This document shows, in pieces, positions 1 through 11,782 of a stretch of 64,000 nucleotides of DNA (its first letter is position 1; each line of letters begins with the position of its first letter). Where the stretch lies: positions 183,341,741-183,405,740 of the forward strand of contig CM041465.1 in assembly GCA_023213395.1 (NCBI GenBank), given 5' to 3'. The notes below the pieces were generated by a model. It was not told where the DNA came from. It did not search any database and worked only from the letters and a program-made list of their open reading frames with translations. The stretch comes from Cycas panzhihuaensis. Taxonomy: Eukaryota > Plantae > Cycadophyta. Made by a program: the position numbers and the translations under genes.

Positions 1-1566
1 GTTGCAAAAGGTTACACCCAGACAACTGGGGTAGACTATGAAGAAACATTTTCTCCTGTAGCAAAATTAAACACAATGCGAACAATGATTTCTTTGGCCG
101 CTCAACAAAACTAGAAAGTTTTTCACTTAATTGTTAAAAGTGCCTTCTTAAACGAAGAACTGGATGAGGAAGTCTACATGATGCAACCAAAAGGATACAT
201 CAAGGAAGGACAGGAACACTTGGTTTGAACCTAAAAAAGGCTTTGTATGGTTTAAAACAAGCCCCTCGAGCTTGGTATACCAAATTAGACAAACATCTAT
301 GTCAGAATGGATTTCGATGCTGTGAATCTAATTCAAGTTTATATGTAAAGAAAAGAAATGGATTGATCACTATATTTGTTGTTTATGTAGATGACATAAT
401 CCTTACCAACAACAATGATGAATCAATCAAAAATATAAAAAATCAATTAAAAAGGGAATTTGAAATGACCGATTTGGGTCTTTTAAGTTATTATCTAGGA
501 TTGAAAGTCGAGCAACAAAAGGACTTGGTCACCTTGTCTCAATGCAAGTACATCAAAGACTTGCTAATCAAATTTCAAATGGAAAATTACAATCTGTGTG
601 CAACACCCATGGAAGTAAATTGCAATTTGGTCGTAGATGAGGAAGAACCTTTGGCCAAGGCCACTTTATGTAGGCAACTAATTGGCAGTTTAATCCATGT
701 CACAACAACTAGACCTAACATATCATATTCAGTAGGTCAAGTCTCGAGATACATGCAGTAACCAAAAAAAAAACATTAGAAAGTTGCAAAGAGAATATTA
801 AGATGTCTGAAGGGAATAGTTGATCTAAAATTAGCGTATCCCAGAGAAAAATCAACAAAAATATCAAAATTCTATGACTCAGATTGGGCCGGAGACAAAG
901 AGCAAAGAAAGTCCACAAGTAGTTATTGCTTCTTGCTTGGGTCAGCAACAATTTCTTGGAACAGTAAAAGACAAACCACTGTTGCATTGTCATCAATAGA
1001 AGCCGAATACAAATTTGCAATCAACACTATAAGTGAAGTTGTATGGTTAAGACAACTTCCAGCAAATTTAGATCAATAGTAGCATGCAATAACAATTCTG
1101 AACTGCAACAACCAAAGTACCATCAAGCTAACCAAAAATCCAATTTTTCATGCAAGGACGAAGCACATAGAAGTACATCATCATTTCATAAGAGAAAAGG
1201 TTCATAATAAAGATATTGATTTGACATATTGCTCCATAGCAGAACAAGTTGCAGACATATTAACAAAACCACTTAGGAAAGATAAGTTTCAAACTCTCAA
1301 AGATAGAATAGGTTTCAAAGGGATAAAACATTAAGACATGGTGTTAGAATATAATGTTTTATCCTAAGATATTAAAAGGGTAATGTCATAAACTCTCATT
1401 TGTAACTCTCTTTATTCTCATGACATGTGTCATGTTCTGAGATGTCAGTTACAATTCAGTTTGTAACGATTGTATTGATCTATGTATATTTAAGGAGACA
1501 TTGTCTCAAGATAATTCAAGTGATTACATTTTCATACTCAGTTGTATTTTATCAAGAAAGATAACA
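1..1566 (+). mobile_element. 3' part (RT-RNaseH-3'LTR) of Ty1/copia element A, duplicated copy
   Basis: RT motifs LKKALYGLKQAPRAW and VYVDDII; RNase H ARTKHIEVHHHFIREKV; LTR 1342-1566 (TGTTAG..ATAACA) followed by TAGGA, the TSD of element A. Confidence 0.93.
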
Positions 1567-1571
1567 TAGGA

Positions 1572-4122
1572 TGTACATGAGGCTTGAAAATTAACTCGAA
1601 TAGAGGTTGGGATTAGTAAGGTGTTGGTTGGACCACTTGAATTTTCTATGGAAAGAGATAGATGTGGGATCATTGATAGATGCTCATTATGCGATAAAGA
1701 TTTTAATGAGTGTTCAAAAACAAGGGTAGAACTATATAAAGGATTTAATGGAAAAAAATAGTGTTGGTGGTGTATATTTGTAGGGGGTTGGGACAAATAA
1801 GATGAGTTTTTGTAAGGGGTAATCATTGTAGCAGAAGGTGAAACTTGATGACATGATGGTGGAAGGTTTAGTATAGCCTGCTGAGGAATGTTTCTAGGAG
1901 ATGGAGTACATAAATATAGAATTGAGCTAGGGTAGTAAAGTGGGGTTGGGTTTTGTCTTATGAAGAAATTAGAGTTAATGTAATTAGGAGTTTGGACAAC
2001 TATGGGATAAGAGAAAGAGAGTTTCTCTACCACTATTAAGTATGGAAATGAAAGAGGACAGATGAAACTACCAAATGAAATGTGCATGTGCAAAACAGGA
2101 TTGAGTACCTTATGGGATTTGCTTGGTTGTTTGGTTCCTCCTACATCCTACATAGGCTCTCCCTCAAACTCTTCCTCAGTCTCAACTAGCATCTCGTTAG
2201 ATTCTTCTACAAAATGATCAGTCATTCTTTGCACCTGATCTGTCTTCAGTGCTACCGCATTGTTCCCTATGAACTTGTTCATCTTTATTTTCCTACAGGG
2301 ATTCTTAGATCTCCTCATTAATGGTTTGTTCTTCCTCTTCTTCAATGGGTTCATCTACATGCTCTGCTTCTTTGACCTCTTCAATTATTACATGCACTTG
2401 CTTCCATCAATGAGCAACTACTAGGAATGAAGCTTGAAATCAAAGCCAATTGTGGGGTAATATTGATCTAGTATTACTAGACAAATTAATGAACCAATCA
2501 AGAACTTCTTCTATTAAGTACCATTGGATACATGACCAGAATTTCAAGCTTTGTATCCGATGATAGTCCATAATACATGTCAACTGTTGAATCCATTGTT
2601 TAGCAATCATGCTTTCTCTTGGGAGAAATTTTGGATGTTCAAGCTTTCCGTTAAGCCAAATCTTTATACTATTTTTCTAGGTTCTCCATTTTTTCTTTGT
2701 CAATATGAGTCGCAACTTCAAGGATTAAAATCTCTACCATGCATCAGTCAAAATGATACCATATGACCACTCAAATCAATCGTCTTTGAACCAGGATTCC
2801 AACAATTCAAACAAAATCAAAATCTAGTACCTGCAACATAAGTTATCTACGAAAATGTCCAGGTCAAACTTAACATTTTTTTCTTTTATTAACCTTTTAG
2901 GGCCTCGCCGGTCACGTAAAGATCACCTACTAACCAGCTTGAGGATGACTTCCACAAAAATAAAATATAAGTAAATTAAAAGAAACTATAGGGAAAAAAT
3001 ATATTTATCGAATATTATTGCTTGCCACTATTAGAACTTTGTTAGCACATGTATTTCCAATGACACAATTCCGTGTGAAAGTGTTCGTTGACTGGATTTC
3101 ATCCTTCGCCTGCAGAATTACGTCACTAGACCTACTCTTAGCAAACAGCACTAGATGCACACAATGATCGTAGATTACTCATGATTGGCAGACAAAAATA
3201 TGTAGATCTTGAGTATCAATGTGTAGGTAGGTTAAACGATTATTCCCCATGATCGTAAGCAGGGTATATCCTCCTTTGCGATGGATAAATCTCCTTGGCT
3301 TCACAAGTGACGGTGCATAGCAATGCTTCACTCTAGGGTATGGATATCAATGCTTCACAGTAGGGTACATATGATGGCACAAGGTGATCTAGCATCAATC
3401 TCCACAGTAAGAATCCCCATGGTCATGATTGCATGGGTGGCATAAATATTCAACAGGCAGACAGGGTTGCAAGACATATGAATTCTTCACACAACAGATA
3501 GTTGTATCACGCTCAACTAATAGTGAACAAGGATGAAATATCGCAAAACCCTCATGCAAAGGTGCTCAACAAAGAAGATCACATAGTTTAGGTAGGCTTC
3601 AATAGTGTAGGTTTCTCATAAACCCTTAAAGGCTCTGATACCAATGTAGCGATGCCCATACACAATAAGACAAAAAAGGTAATAATTGCAACAAAAGATC
3701 TCCAAAATGATAATAAATTTAGCATGCATACATTCATCACAATAGATTTCCACCATATAACATAAATAAATCATCCATAGAATAATATCACAACTTGCAG
3801 CAATAACATGAAACAATAATATAATGACAGGTAAAATATCCAACAACAGTAGTGCCCTCTTCGAGGCGAGGGTGCCCTCCCAATTGGCACAACATGCCCT
3901 AATGGCGCAAGGCCATCAGTCCAACAATTACTCAATTCTCCAAGATGCTTGCAAATGAATAAGGCTCCTCTATTTATAGCCTTCTTTTTCTCTTTCTATA
4001 ACTATCTCCTAATTCTCTCTCCTAAAATAATCGACTTCATAATAAATGTACATTAAATAATTCTTCTTTTATCTTCCTAAAAATCAACTTCACCAACTTT
4101 CTCAAAATATAGGAATATAACA
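1572..4122 (-). mobile_element. 5' part of gypsy-derived element B, duplicated copy (LTR 3645-4122, PBS 3632-3643)
   Basis: GCTCTGATACCA (reverse complement of iMet PBS) at 3632-3643. LTR matches 23214-23691 and is similar to 11213-11670. TSD ATAAA at 4123-4127. Confidence 0.88.
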
Positions 4123-5031
4123 ATAAATGCACCTGACAGCCCCGCATGCAAGAGAAGCAATAGAGAGAGAAACCAGTAGACAAGCATGGAAGCACTTAGC
4201 ATGCTCAACCTAGCACTGGACAACAACAAATCTCAGCTTCCAAACATGAGAGGGGTCCTTGCTAAAAACCTCTGAGCCACCACCACCTTAAAAGCACACA
4301 TCCATTCCATAATCTTAGTATTGTCCCTCAAGGATAGATCAAACATATCAAAATCAACCCATTGAGCATCCACTGCTCACCACATTGTCCAAGCCTCTCA
4401 AGCATGATCCTTGCAAACCCTAACAACCTTCATCTCGCCCCTCCTACTCTCTCACAACCACAAAAGCTTTAAAATGCCTCTTGTCTTCGTACTTTAGAGG
4501 CTAATTTCTATCTTATAACATAACCACAATTGAAAACAATGTCGCAAGCTTGCCTATATCATCCCTATTTGCACCCAATATAACATCACAAAGTCAACAA
4601 TGACATTCCTCCCAAGCACTATAAGCAACCTCTATCAAGTATACTCCAATGGGCTAACTAGATGTCCATGCAGACACACAAAAGCATCTTCCAATGGCCA
4701 TACTTCATGTGCCCTATGCCCCATGTCCAAATATGACTATCGCGACTCCAAAGTTCTTCTCGATTTAGATGCAATGGTACTAACAAATGTGTGGGAGGAG
4801 AATTGAAAGAAGTGTAATGAGCATCCTATAAGTTCCAGATTGTAAGATTTCCACAATGACGTGAACGTTTAAAGCAATGGCACTATGAATGCTTATAGTG
4901 TTTCAAGATGAATTAAGATGAGACTGAAAATAAGAGCTCCTCACCAATATCATCTTTTAAAACCAATATTGCCAATATAGGCATGGATGCTACCTTATTA
5001 GCTAAGGATTCACATTATACACTCTATTTAC

Positions 5032-6270
5032 TCTCCTTTTCCTTCATATGCAATTTAAATAATCCTTCTTTTAAAGCTACAATCCTGGCTTGACTTTTTT
5101 GGCTACAAAGACTAGCAAATACTTTCCAAATTTTTTCAGAGAAGTTCAATCTTTCAGCATACACTAAGAGAGGATCTAAGATGGATAATTTTAGAATTAT
5201 TACTCCTGAATTGTTTCTCTCATCCCAATTAGGTTGAGCAATTGCATCAGTTGGCCTTTTGTCTACTCCTGTGGCTATGTTCCAGGCTTTTTTGGCTCTC
5301 AACAGGGTTTCAATCTTAATTTTCCATACAAAATGATTAGTTTCAGTCAATTTGTCCTAGTCATTCAAGGCAATAATGGAAGAGGCCATCTTAAAAAATG
5401 ATCAGAAGGTATCAGATTGCTCTTTAGGACTTGTAAACAGGCTAGTCGTATGGGTGTACAAAATTCCATATGCTAGTACAGTTGTACGAATGAGAATGAG
5501 CAGGGAGCCAAGTGAAAGATCTTAATTTGAGGATCCCAAATATATTATTATTTTTCTAGGATGTAACTTATTTTTCTCAGAAAATGGCCCATAAAGGAGA
5601 AAGTATGACTAAGGTTTTAAAGAGAATATTGCTCAAAAAATCTAGTGAAATTCTTCAAAAGAGGATGCAATCTAATCGATTGGACAGAGGGAAGATTTCT
5701 GGACAAATCTTACCCGAAATAAATGTGTCTTTTGGGAGAAATCTTCACTAAATGCTCCAAACCCACGTGTTTCAGAAAATGGGCAAAAACTCCTTCAAAA
5801 CTGCAAAATCTACAATTGATCCTTTAGAGAAAGATGGCGTACTAATCGAGGCAGCCCCGTTGGTGAAATTTCAACAAATTCTAAGAACTTTAAGAAAATG
5901 GCATCCGTTTAGTTTCGTACAATGTCCGTACACAGCAGTTCATACACAAAGATCTTCTCTGAGATAGAAAACTTCTTTGTTTACCTTTACATGATCCTCT
6001 GATGGCTCAACAATGCAAAATATTAGACTGTTTCTGATTTCAGAAACCTTTATCAGACCACCTGTTATGATACCGTGAAAGAAATCTTCATTAAAGGAAG
6101 ACAGAATGTTGATTATGGGAGAAAATCACTTTCTATATATACAACAAATGTTTTGTAACTATTTACTGTGTGTAAGCCATTTGTCTAATACTTGTCTTTA
6201 TTACAATGATAGAGGTCTAATATACGACCCTCATTAACATAATGTCTTAAATAAAACATTACCTTTAACA
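5032..6270 (-). mobile_element. Truncated Ty1/copia element D: 5'LTR (6076-6270), degenerate PBS (6064-6075), leader, gag N-terminus cut at the duplication junction
   Basis: gag from ATG 5389: MASSIIALND*DKLTETNHFVWKIKIETLLRAKKAW...LFKLHMKEKES, homologous to gag of C and A. LTR starts TGTTAAAGGTAATGTTTTAT on the minus strand, like the A and C LTRs. Confidence 0.82.
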
Positions 6271-9200
6271 CTCAAATCGCTTCATTTGAAGCCTTTTCAT
6301 TGAGATTTCATCAAGCATTGTAAAGCAACAGCAACATCATCCACTTAAGCAAATTAATCTAAATCAACTTAAATCATTAAAACTTACTTTAAAATTTTGT
6401 TAGAGAGGCCCGAAAAAGGTTAAAACCTTGCCTCTAAAAATCTCAAGCTTGATGCATTCCCTACTAACCAACCAATCGTACGGTCATTGTACACCAATTG
6501 AAGTTCTCTTGAAAAAGGGGGTTCACAATGGGTGTTATTGGGGTTGAGAATCCTAATGAAAGCATGGTACAACCATGCAGATCAATCCTACCTAGCCTTG
6601 TTCTAGATTTGACTTGGCCAACTATTGGATCTATCTAAAAAGATGAGGATAGACCAACTCTTAGCCTAACCTCCACCCTCATCACTCTCTTTAGTTGTTA
6701 GATCTTCTTTGTAAGATCAAGGTTGTTGTTGTGTTAGAAGGTGGAACTTAAGCGATAAAAGCTTTGAGACTCTAAGTCATCTACTAGCTTCAAGAACCTT
6801 TTAATCAACTTTAAAATTATGGCTACTATTAACATGCTTAATGCATGTACCATTAAACTAAATGGATAGGATAATTATTGGGAATGGAAGAGGCAAACAT
6901 AAAATCTGTTGATAATGAATAAGTTTTGGACATTTGTATCTGGTAAGAATTGAAAGCCCAAATGAAAGAAATGTACTTATTTATCCTTATCCTGCTTTAA
7001 TTGCAGCTTGGTAAGCTAAGGATGAAATTGCCTTAACATTTCTTCACATGGTTGTTGATGTAAATATTGATCAAAACATTGCTTGTGCTTGTACTTCAAA
7101 CGAAGCTTGGGATACTTTGACTTCATCGTATGCAAGGTGAGATGATGCTCATATCATAATGACAAAAGCTAAATTGTATTCTTCGAAATTTGTAAAGCCC
7201 ATGTTAGCATTTTTATATTCTATCAAAGAAATTTATAATGAGTTGAATACTCTTGGAAAACTAGTTTCGCGGGATGAACTTGTAATTGCCACATTGCATG
7301 CTTTGCCAAAGAAGTATAGTGGATTCATCTCCTGAATCACAAGAGATGACACACTTGCTACATTGACTTTCAATCAGCTTGAGAGTCTTTTACTTCAAGA
7401 ACAAATCTATTTTCAACAGGATGAACCATCAACATTAGGTGCATTCATAGTCAAATTTAAGGCCAAACAAAATTCCAAAGAATCACTTCAAAAACAGTTT
7501 GGGAATGTGAACATTGACACTTCAAAAACTAATGTCATTTGTCATTATTATGATAAGGTAGGCCACATAGCACCTGAATGTCAAAAAAAGCAATATGACT
7601 TGGCAAAGAAGAATAGCCTAGTAGCCACATCAGCAGAAGTATCAATAGCAACAACAACCACCCCCTCAACCAAATCTAGGTGGATTTCAAGGAGATCAAA
7701 GAGGAAGGGGGGGCTTTAGAGGTGGCAACCAATGCCACACAAATCAATTTGCAGATGAAGAAAAAATGTTTTGGGCTTATCACAACCTTCAAAGTGATAA
7801 CACATGGATAATTAACTCAGGGGCATCTCAACACATGACAAGCAATGATGAGTTGCTCTTCAACATCAAAGAAGGAAGAGGGAAAACAGTTACATTTGGA
7901 AACAATGAATCATTGAGATACTTGGTATAGGCAAAATTGCCTCATTTCATTCACCAAACAACCCTACTTCTACATTTTCCACTGGAGATGCCTACTTGAT
8001 AACTTCAATGGAGAAAAGCCTCTTATTTATTAGTCAATTAGACAAACAATAGATGATTATACTATTTAAAGGTGGGAAACGTACTATTAATGATAGGAAT
8101 GATCAAGTGGTAGCCATTGGTCATGAGGACCATGGTCTTTATAAATTGGATGCATCAAACATTACACTTCATACTACATCTGTTGTTCTGTCATATAATC
8201 TATGTCCAAATATCAACGTTAGCATAATAGACTAAGCCATTTAATCCTAGAAAACATCAAAATGATGTTTAATAGAAACATGGTGTATGGACTTCAAAAG
8301 ATATCTGCATCAAAGTGTCTTTGTGAAGCATGTATTATGGGGCTCAGCATAAAGAGCCTTTTCCTAAAGGCAACTCATGATGGGCATCGCAACCTTTGCA
8401 GTTAGTTCATACAGATTTATATGGACTTATGTCCACGACATCTCTTTGAGGAGCTTTGTACTATATCACCTTCATCAATGATTTTTCACACAAAGTTTAG
8501 GTGTACTTCATTAAACATAAACCAAAGGCATTAGAAAATTTTAAGGAATTCAAACTTGATGTGGAAAATGAATCAGAATATTCAATCAAAATATTGAGAT
8601 CTGACAATGGAGGTGAATTTACCTCAAGGGAATTTAATCAATTCTGCAACGCTCGTGGAATCAGAAGACAACTCATTGCTTCACATACACCTCAACAGAA
8701 TGGAGTATCTAAACGAATGAATAGGACTTTGGCCAATAAATCCAAAGCAATGATACATGCAAAAGGGCTTCCTCATTCTTATTGGGCGTACATTCCACAC
8801 AATAGTCTATGTGGCTAATGAGAGTCCAACTACAATAGTCACTAACATCACACCGAAGGAGGCTTGGTCTAGTAGAAAACCAACTATTAGCCATTTGAGG
8901 ACTTTTGGGTGTACTGCTTATATGTATATTCCCCATTAGCAAAGAAAGAAGTTAGATCATAATAGTCTCAAATGTATTTTCCTTGGTTATTCTATTAACA
9001 GCAAATCATATAGGGTATATGACCCCACTACCAAGAAAATGCATGTTTCTAGAGATGTAATCTTTGCTGAAGATATTGAGAAGTTGGAATCAGATCCATC
9101 CAATCTCCTCCTCGAAGGCAAACAGATTGTTGAGGACTTCCTTCCCTCACAATCTTCTACAACATGTTCATCTTTTGCTCCTATCACTTCTTCGTCTACT

Positions 9201-10419
9201 TCTACTTCAACTACTTCAGATACAACTCCATTTGATCTTGGTACTTCTTCTCTTGATCAGCCAATACATCTAGAGGATATTGAGGGTGAAGCTACATCTA
9301 TAAAAAAGCTACCCAAATGGTACACTCAAACAGTATAAGACATTCAGATTATAGAAGGAAAATGTCCATCAAAGATGAGGCAACAATCAATCAATTATGC
9401 ACTTACGACTGATATACTTTGTGTTGATGAGCATTCCACTTTTGAGGAGGCTAATAAAAATGAAAAGTGGAAAGCTTCCATTCATGAGAAAAATCATTCT
9501 ATTGAAAAGAATGGAACTTTGGATTTGGTTAAATTGCCTAATAGAAAAAAGGTAAACAGATGTGAAAGGTGACACAAAGCCAAATTTTAATCTAACGATT
9601 CTATCGAGCATCACACAGCTCGACGGGTGGCCAAAGGATTCAAATAGAAAGAAGGCATTGACTATGGAGCAACCTTTGCACCTGAGACACATATGTACAC
9701 TGTCAAACTAAAATTGACCCGATCTGCTCAATACAAGTGCTCAATTCTTCAGATGGACATGACGAGAACTTTTCTCAATGGCGACCCTACAGTGGAGGAA
9801 TATTTGGAGTGACCTCGCTAGTACAACATCTTGGTGTCCAACTTAACATTGTAAACATTAAAGGGGGGTGTTAAACCTTTATGTTTAAATGTTAAAGTGA
9901 TGTACTTTATAATGCATTATTGATGTATTTTATATAACTTTATATTAGTGCGGCTTATCACTTAATGTGATAAAGTATGCACCCACATTCTTTCTAGTTG
10001 CATAACATTGTAACTTGAGGGTTAATATGCCCTAATGCACTTGTGCTTACAAGAGAGCTCAAGAGGACACTTGTCCTGCATGCAACTATTGGCTTGCATG
10101 TTTGACATTCATCAAACATGCAGTGCTCCAAGTTCTCTATATATTGAGACCATTTCTCATGTATCTTGTATGAGAGAGTGTTGTATTATTATGTCGCTAG
10201 TCTTGTTTATCTAAGTTATTCTTATTTATTTGAAGTAGGATCAATTCCTTCTCCTCCATATTTGTGACCTTCTCATGCTTATGATCATTGTGCCTAATAT
10301 TTACCTATGTGCTCATCTTCATGCTCGCATAGCTAGATGCTAATCATCTTCATATTGTAGCAAACTTTCCTCTCCATTAGATCATAAGGGTTGTAGGCTT
10401 AATGCCTTCATTCTCAATA
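6271..10419 (+). mobile_element. Degenerate Ty1/copia element E (same family as G): leader, gag-PR-IN, RT cut short, PPT, 3'LTR 9869-10419; 5' part separated by D
   Basis: gag ATG 6819; zinc-knuckle remnant CHYYDKVGHIAPEC; integrase IKILRSDNGGEFTS...TPQQNGVS; PPT AAAGGGGGG ending 9868; LTR homologous to 51225-51778. Confidence 0.88.
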
Positions 10420-11207
10420 TCTCAGTGCAAGCAACCAACACCAACAACGCATGTAACATTCAATAGCTCACAAGACTCAACACCCAACAACTTCTTCATC
10501 TATTGAACCAAGCAACAACATCAAACATATGAATACACCTCCAAAAGAGAAAATGGCCATGCTGCATACATAGAGAGTTGAGGAACAACTACAAGTCCAA
10601 GCAAAGAAGGCACAAAGCCCTAGTGAGAGCACCTACACCCCTATCATTGATGGACACAGACTCACTTTTGCTAGCAACCAAAAAGTGGCACTAACCCAAA
10701 ATTGCGCAATCCAAACATATGAGGGACTAGGCCACTGATGCTCACTACCTAAGCAACATACCCATCTCTGAATGATCTATCGCCACAAAATGCCATGCAA
10801 ATAAAGAACAAACCAAAAACCTACATCACACATCAACACAACCTATTGTAGACACAAACCCCCACACATTATCAAGAGGGAGGACCAAAAGCACACTAGA
10901 AAACCCAACTCATGTGAGTTGAGTAGAAAATCCTAAGAGACTACTGAAATAACCACACCTCCTTGGGTCCCAAGACTAAGAACCCAACCAAGAAACAGAA
11001 GGCAACAACCTAGGAACACCAAAAAAGAAAGCAGTACCCTACCTAGCCTAGCAAAGACACCAAGATACACAATCTCTAAAAGAAGACAACACCCCAAGAA
11101 CCTAGAATGCCTCCCCCAAGAACCAAAGGAGACATAGGATAGGCTTGAAGGGGAAAAGGCTTATGGATGACAAATCTAAACATCTAAGAAGCTAAAGGTC
11201 GGATGCA
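10420..11207 (+). mobile_element. Possible highly decayed LINE (ORF1-side) relic, continuing at 23697-24370 after removal of element B
   Basis: Strongly A/C-rich plus strand; contiguous across the ATAAA TSD with a segment showing APE-endonuclease-like words. No clean motif in this part. Confidence 0.25.
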
Positions 11208-11212
11208 ATAAA

Positions 11213-11670
11213 TGTAGTAGTGATGGTAATAATTGCAATAGAAGATCTCTAAAAAGATAATAAATTCACCATGCATACATTCATCAAAGTAGATTTCCAC
11301 CATAGAACATAGATAAATCATCCATAGAAGAATAGCACGACTTGCGCAAAGAAGAATATAAAATAGTAATATAATGACAGATAAAATATCCAACAACAGT
11401 AATGCCCGCTTTGAGTTTTGAGTGCCCTCCCAATTGGCACAAGGTGCCCTAATGGCACAAGGCCATCAGTCTAACAATTATTCAATTCTCCAAGATGCTT
11501 ACAATTGAATAAGGCTCCTCTATTGATAGCCTTCTTTATCTCTCTCAAACTATCCCCTAATTATCTCTCCTAAAAATACTGACTTCATAATAAATACATA
11601 TTAAATAATTCTTCTTTTATGTTCCTAAAGACCGACTTCATCAACTTCTTCAAAATTTAGGAACATAACA
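11213..11670 (-). repeat. 3' LTR of element B
   Basis: TG...CA termini, adjacent PPT, similar to 23214-23691. Confidence 0.88.
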
Positions 11671-11782
11671 ACTCTCCCCTCCTTGAAATACCTCGCCCTC
11701 GAAGTATAAGTAGTTGCATGTAAAGTTATTTGGTCCAACTTTGACCCGTTGCTCCAAATACCGCTAAACTCGTATGTATAAA

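Larger units (their letters stand above)
1..5031. repeat. Near-identical duplicated segment, copy 1 (copy 2 = 19555-24599); left end lies outside the window
   Basis: Base 1 GTTGCAAAAGGTTACACCC = 19555. The copies are colinear up to ...ACTCTATTTAC (5031/24599). Identical ORFs 225-761/19779-20315, 2148-2354/21701-21907 and 3616-3846/23185-23415. Confidence 0.97.

Noticed and set aside
1524-2093. 189-aa Pro/Ser-rich ORF
   Set aside because: Low-complexity interior of B running into A's LTR; broken by an indel in the duplicate copy; no recognisable domain.
3616-3846. Hydrophobic small ORF recurring at 11184-11396 and 23185-23415
   Set aside because: Recurs only because it lies in B's LTR; T-rich composition explains the hydrophobicity.
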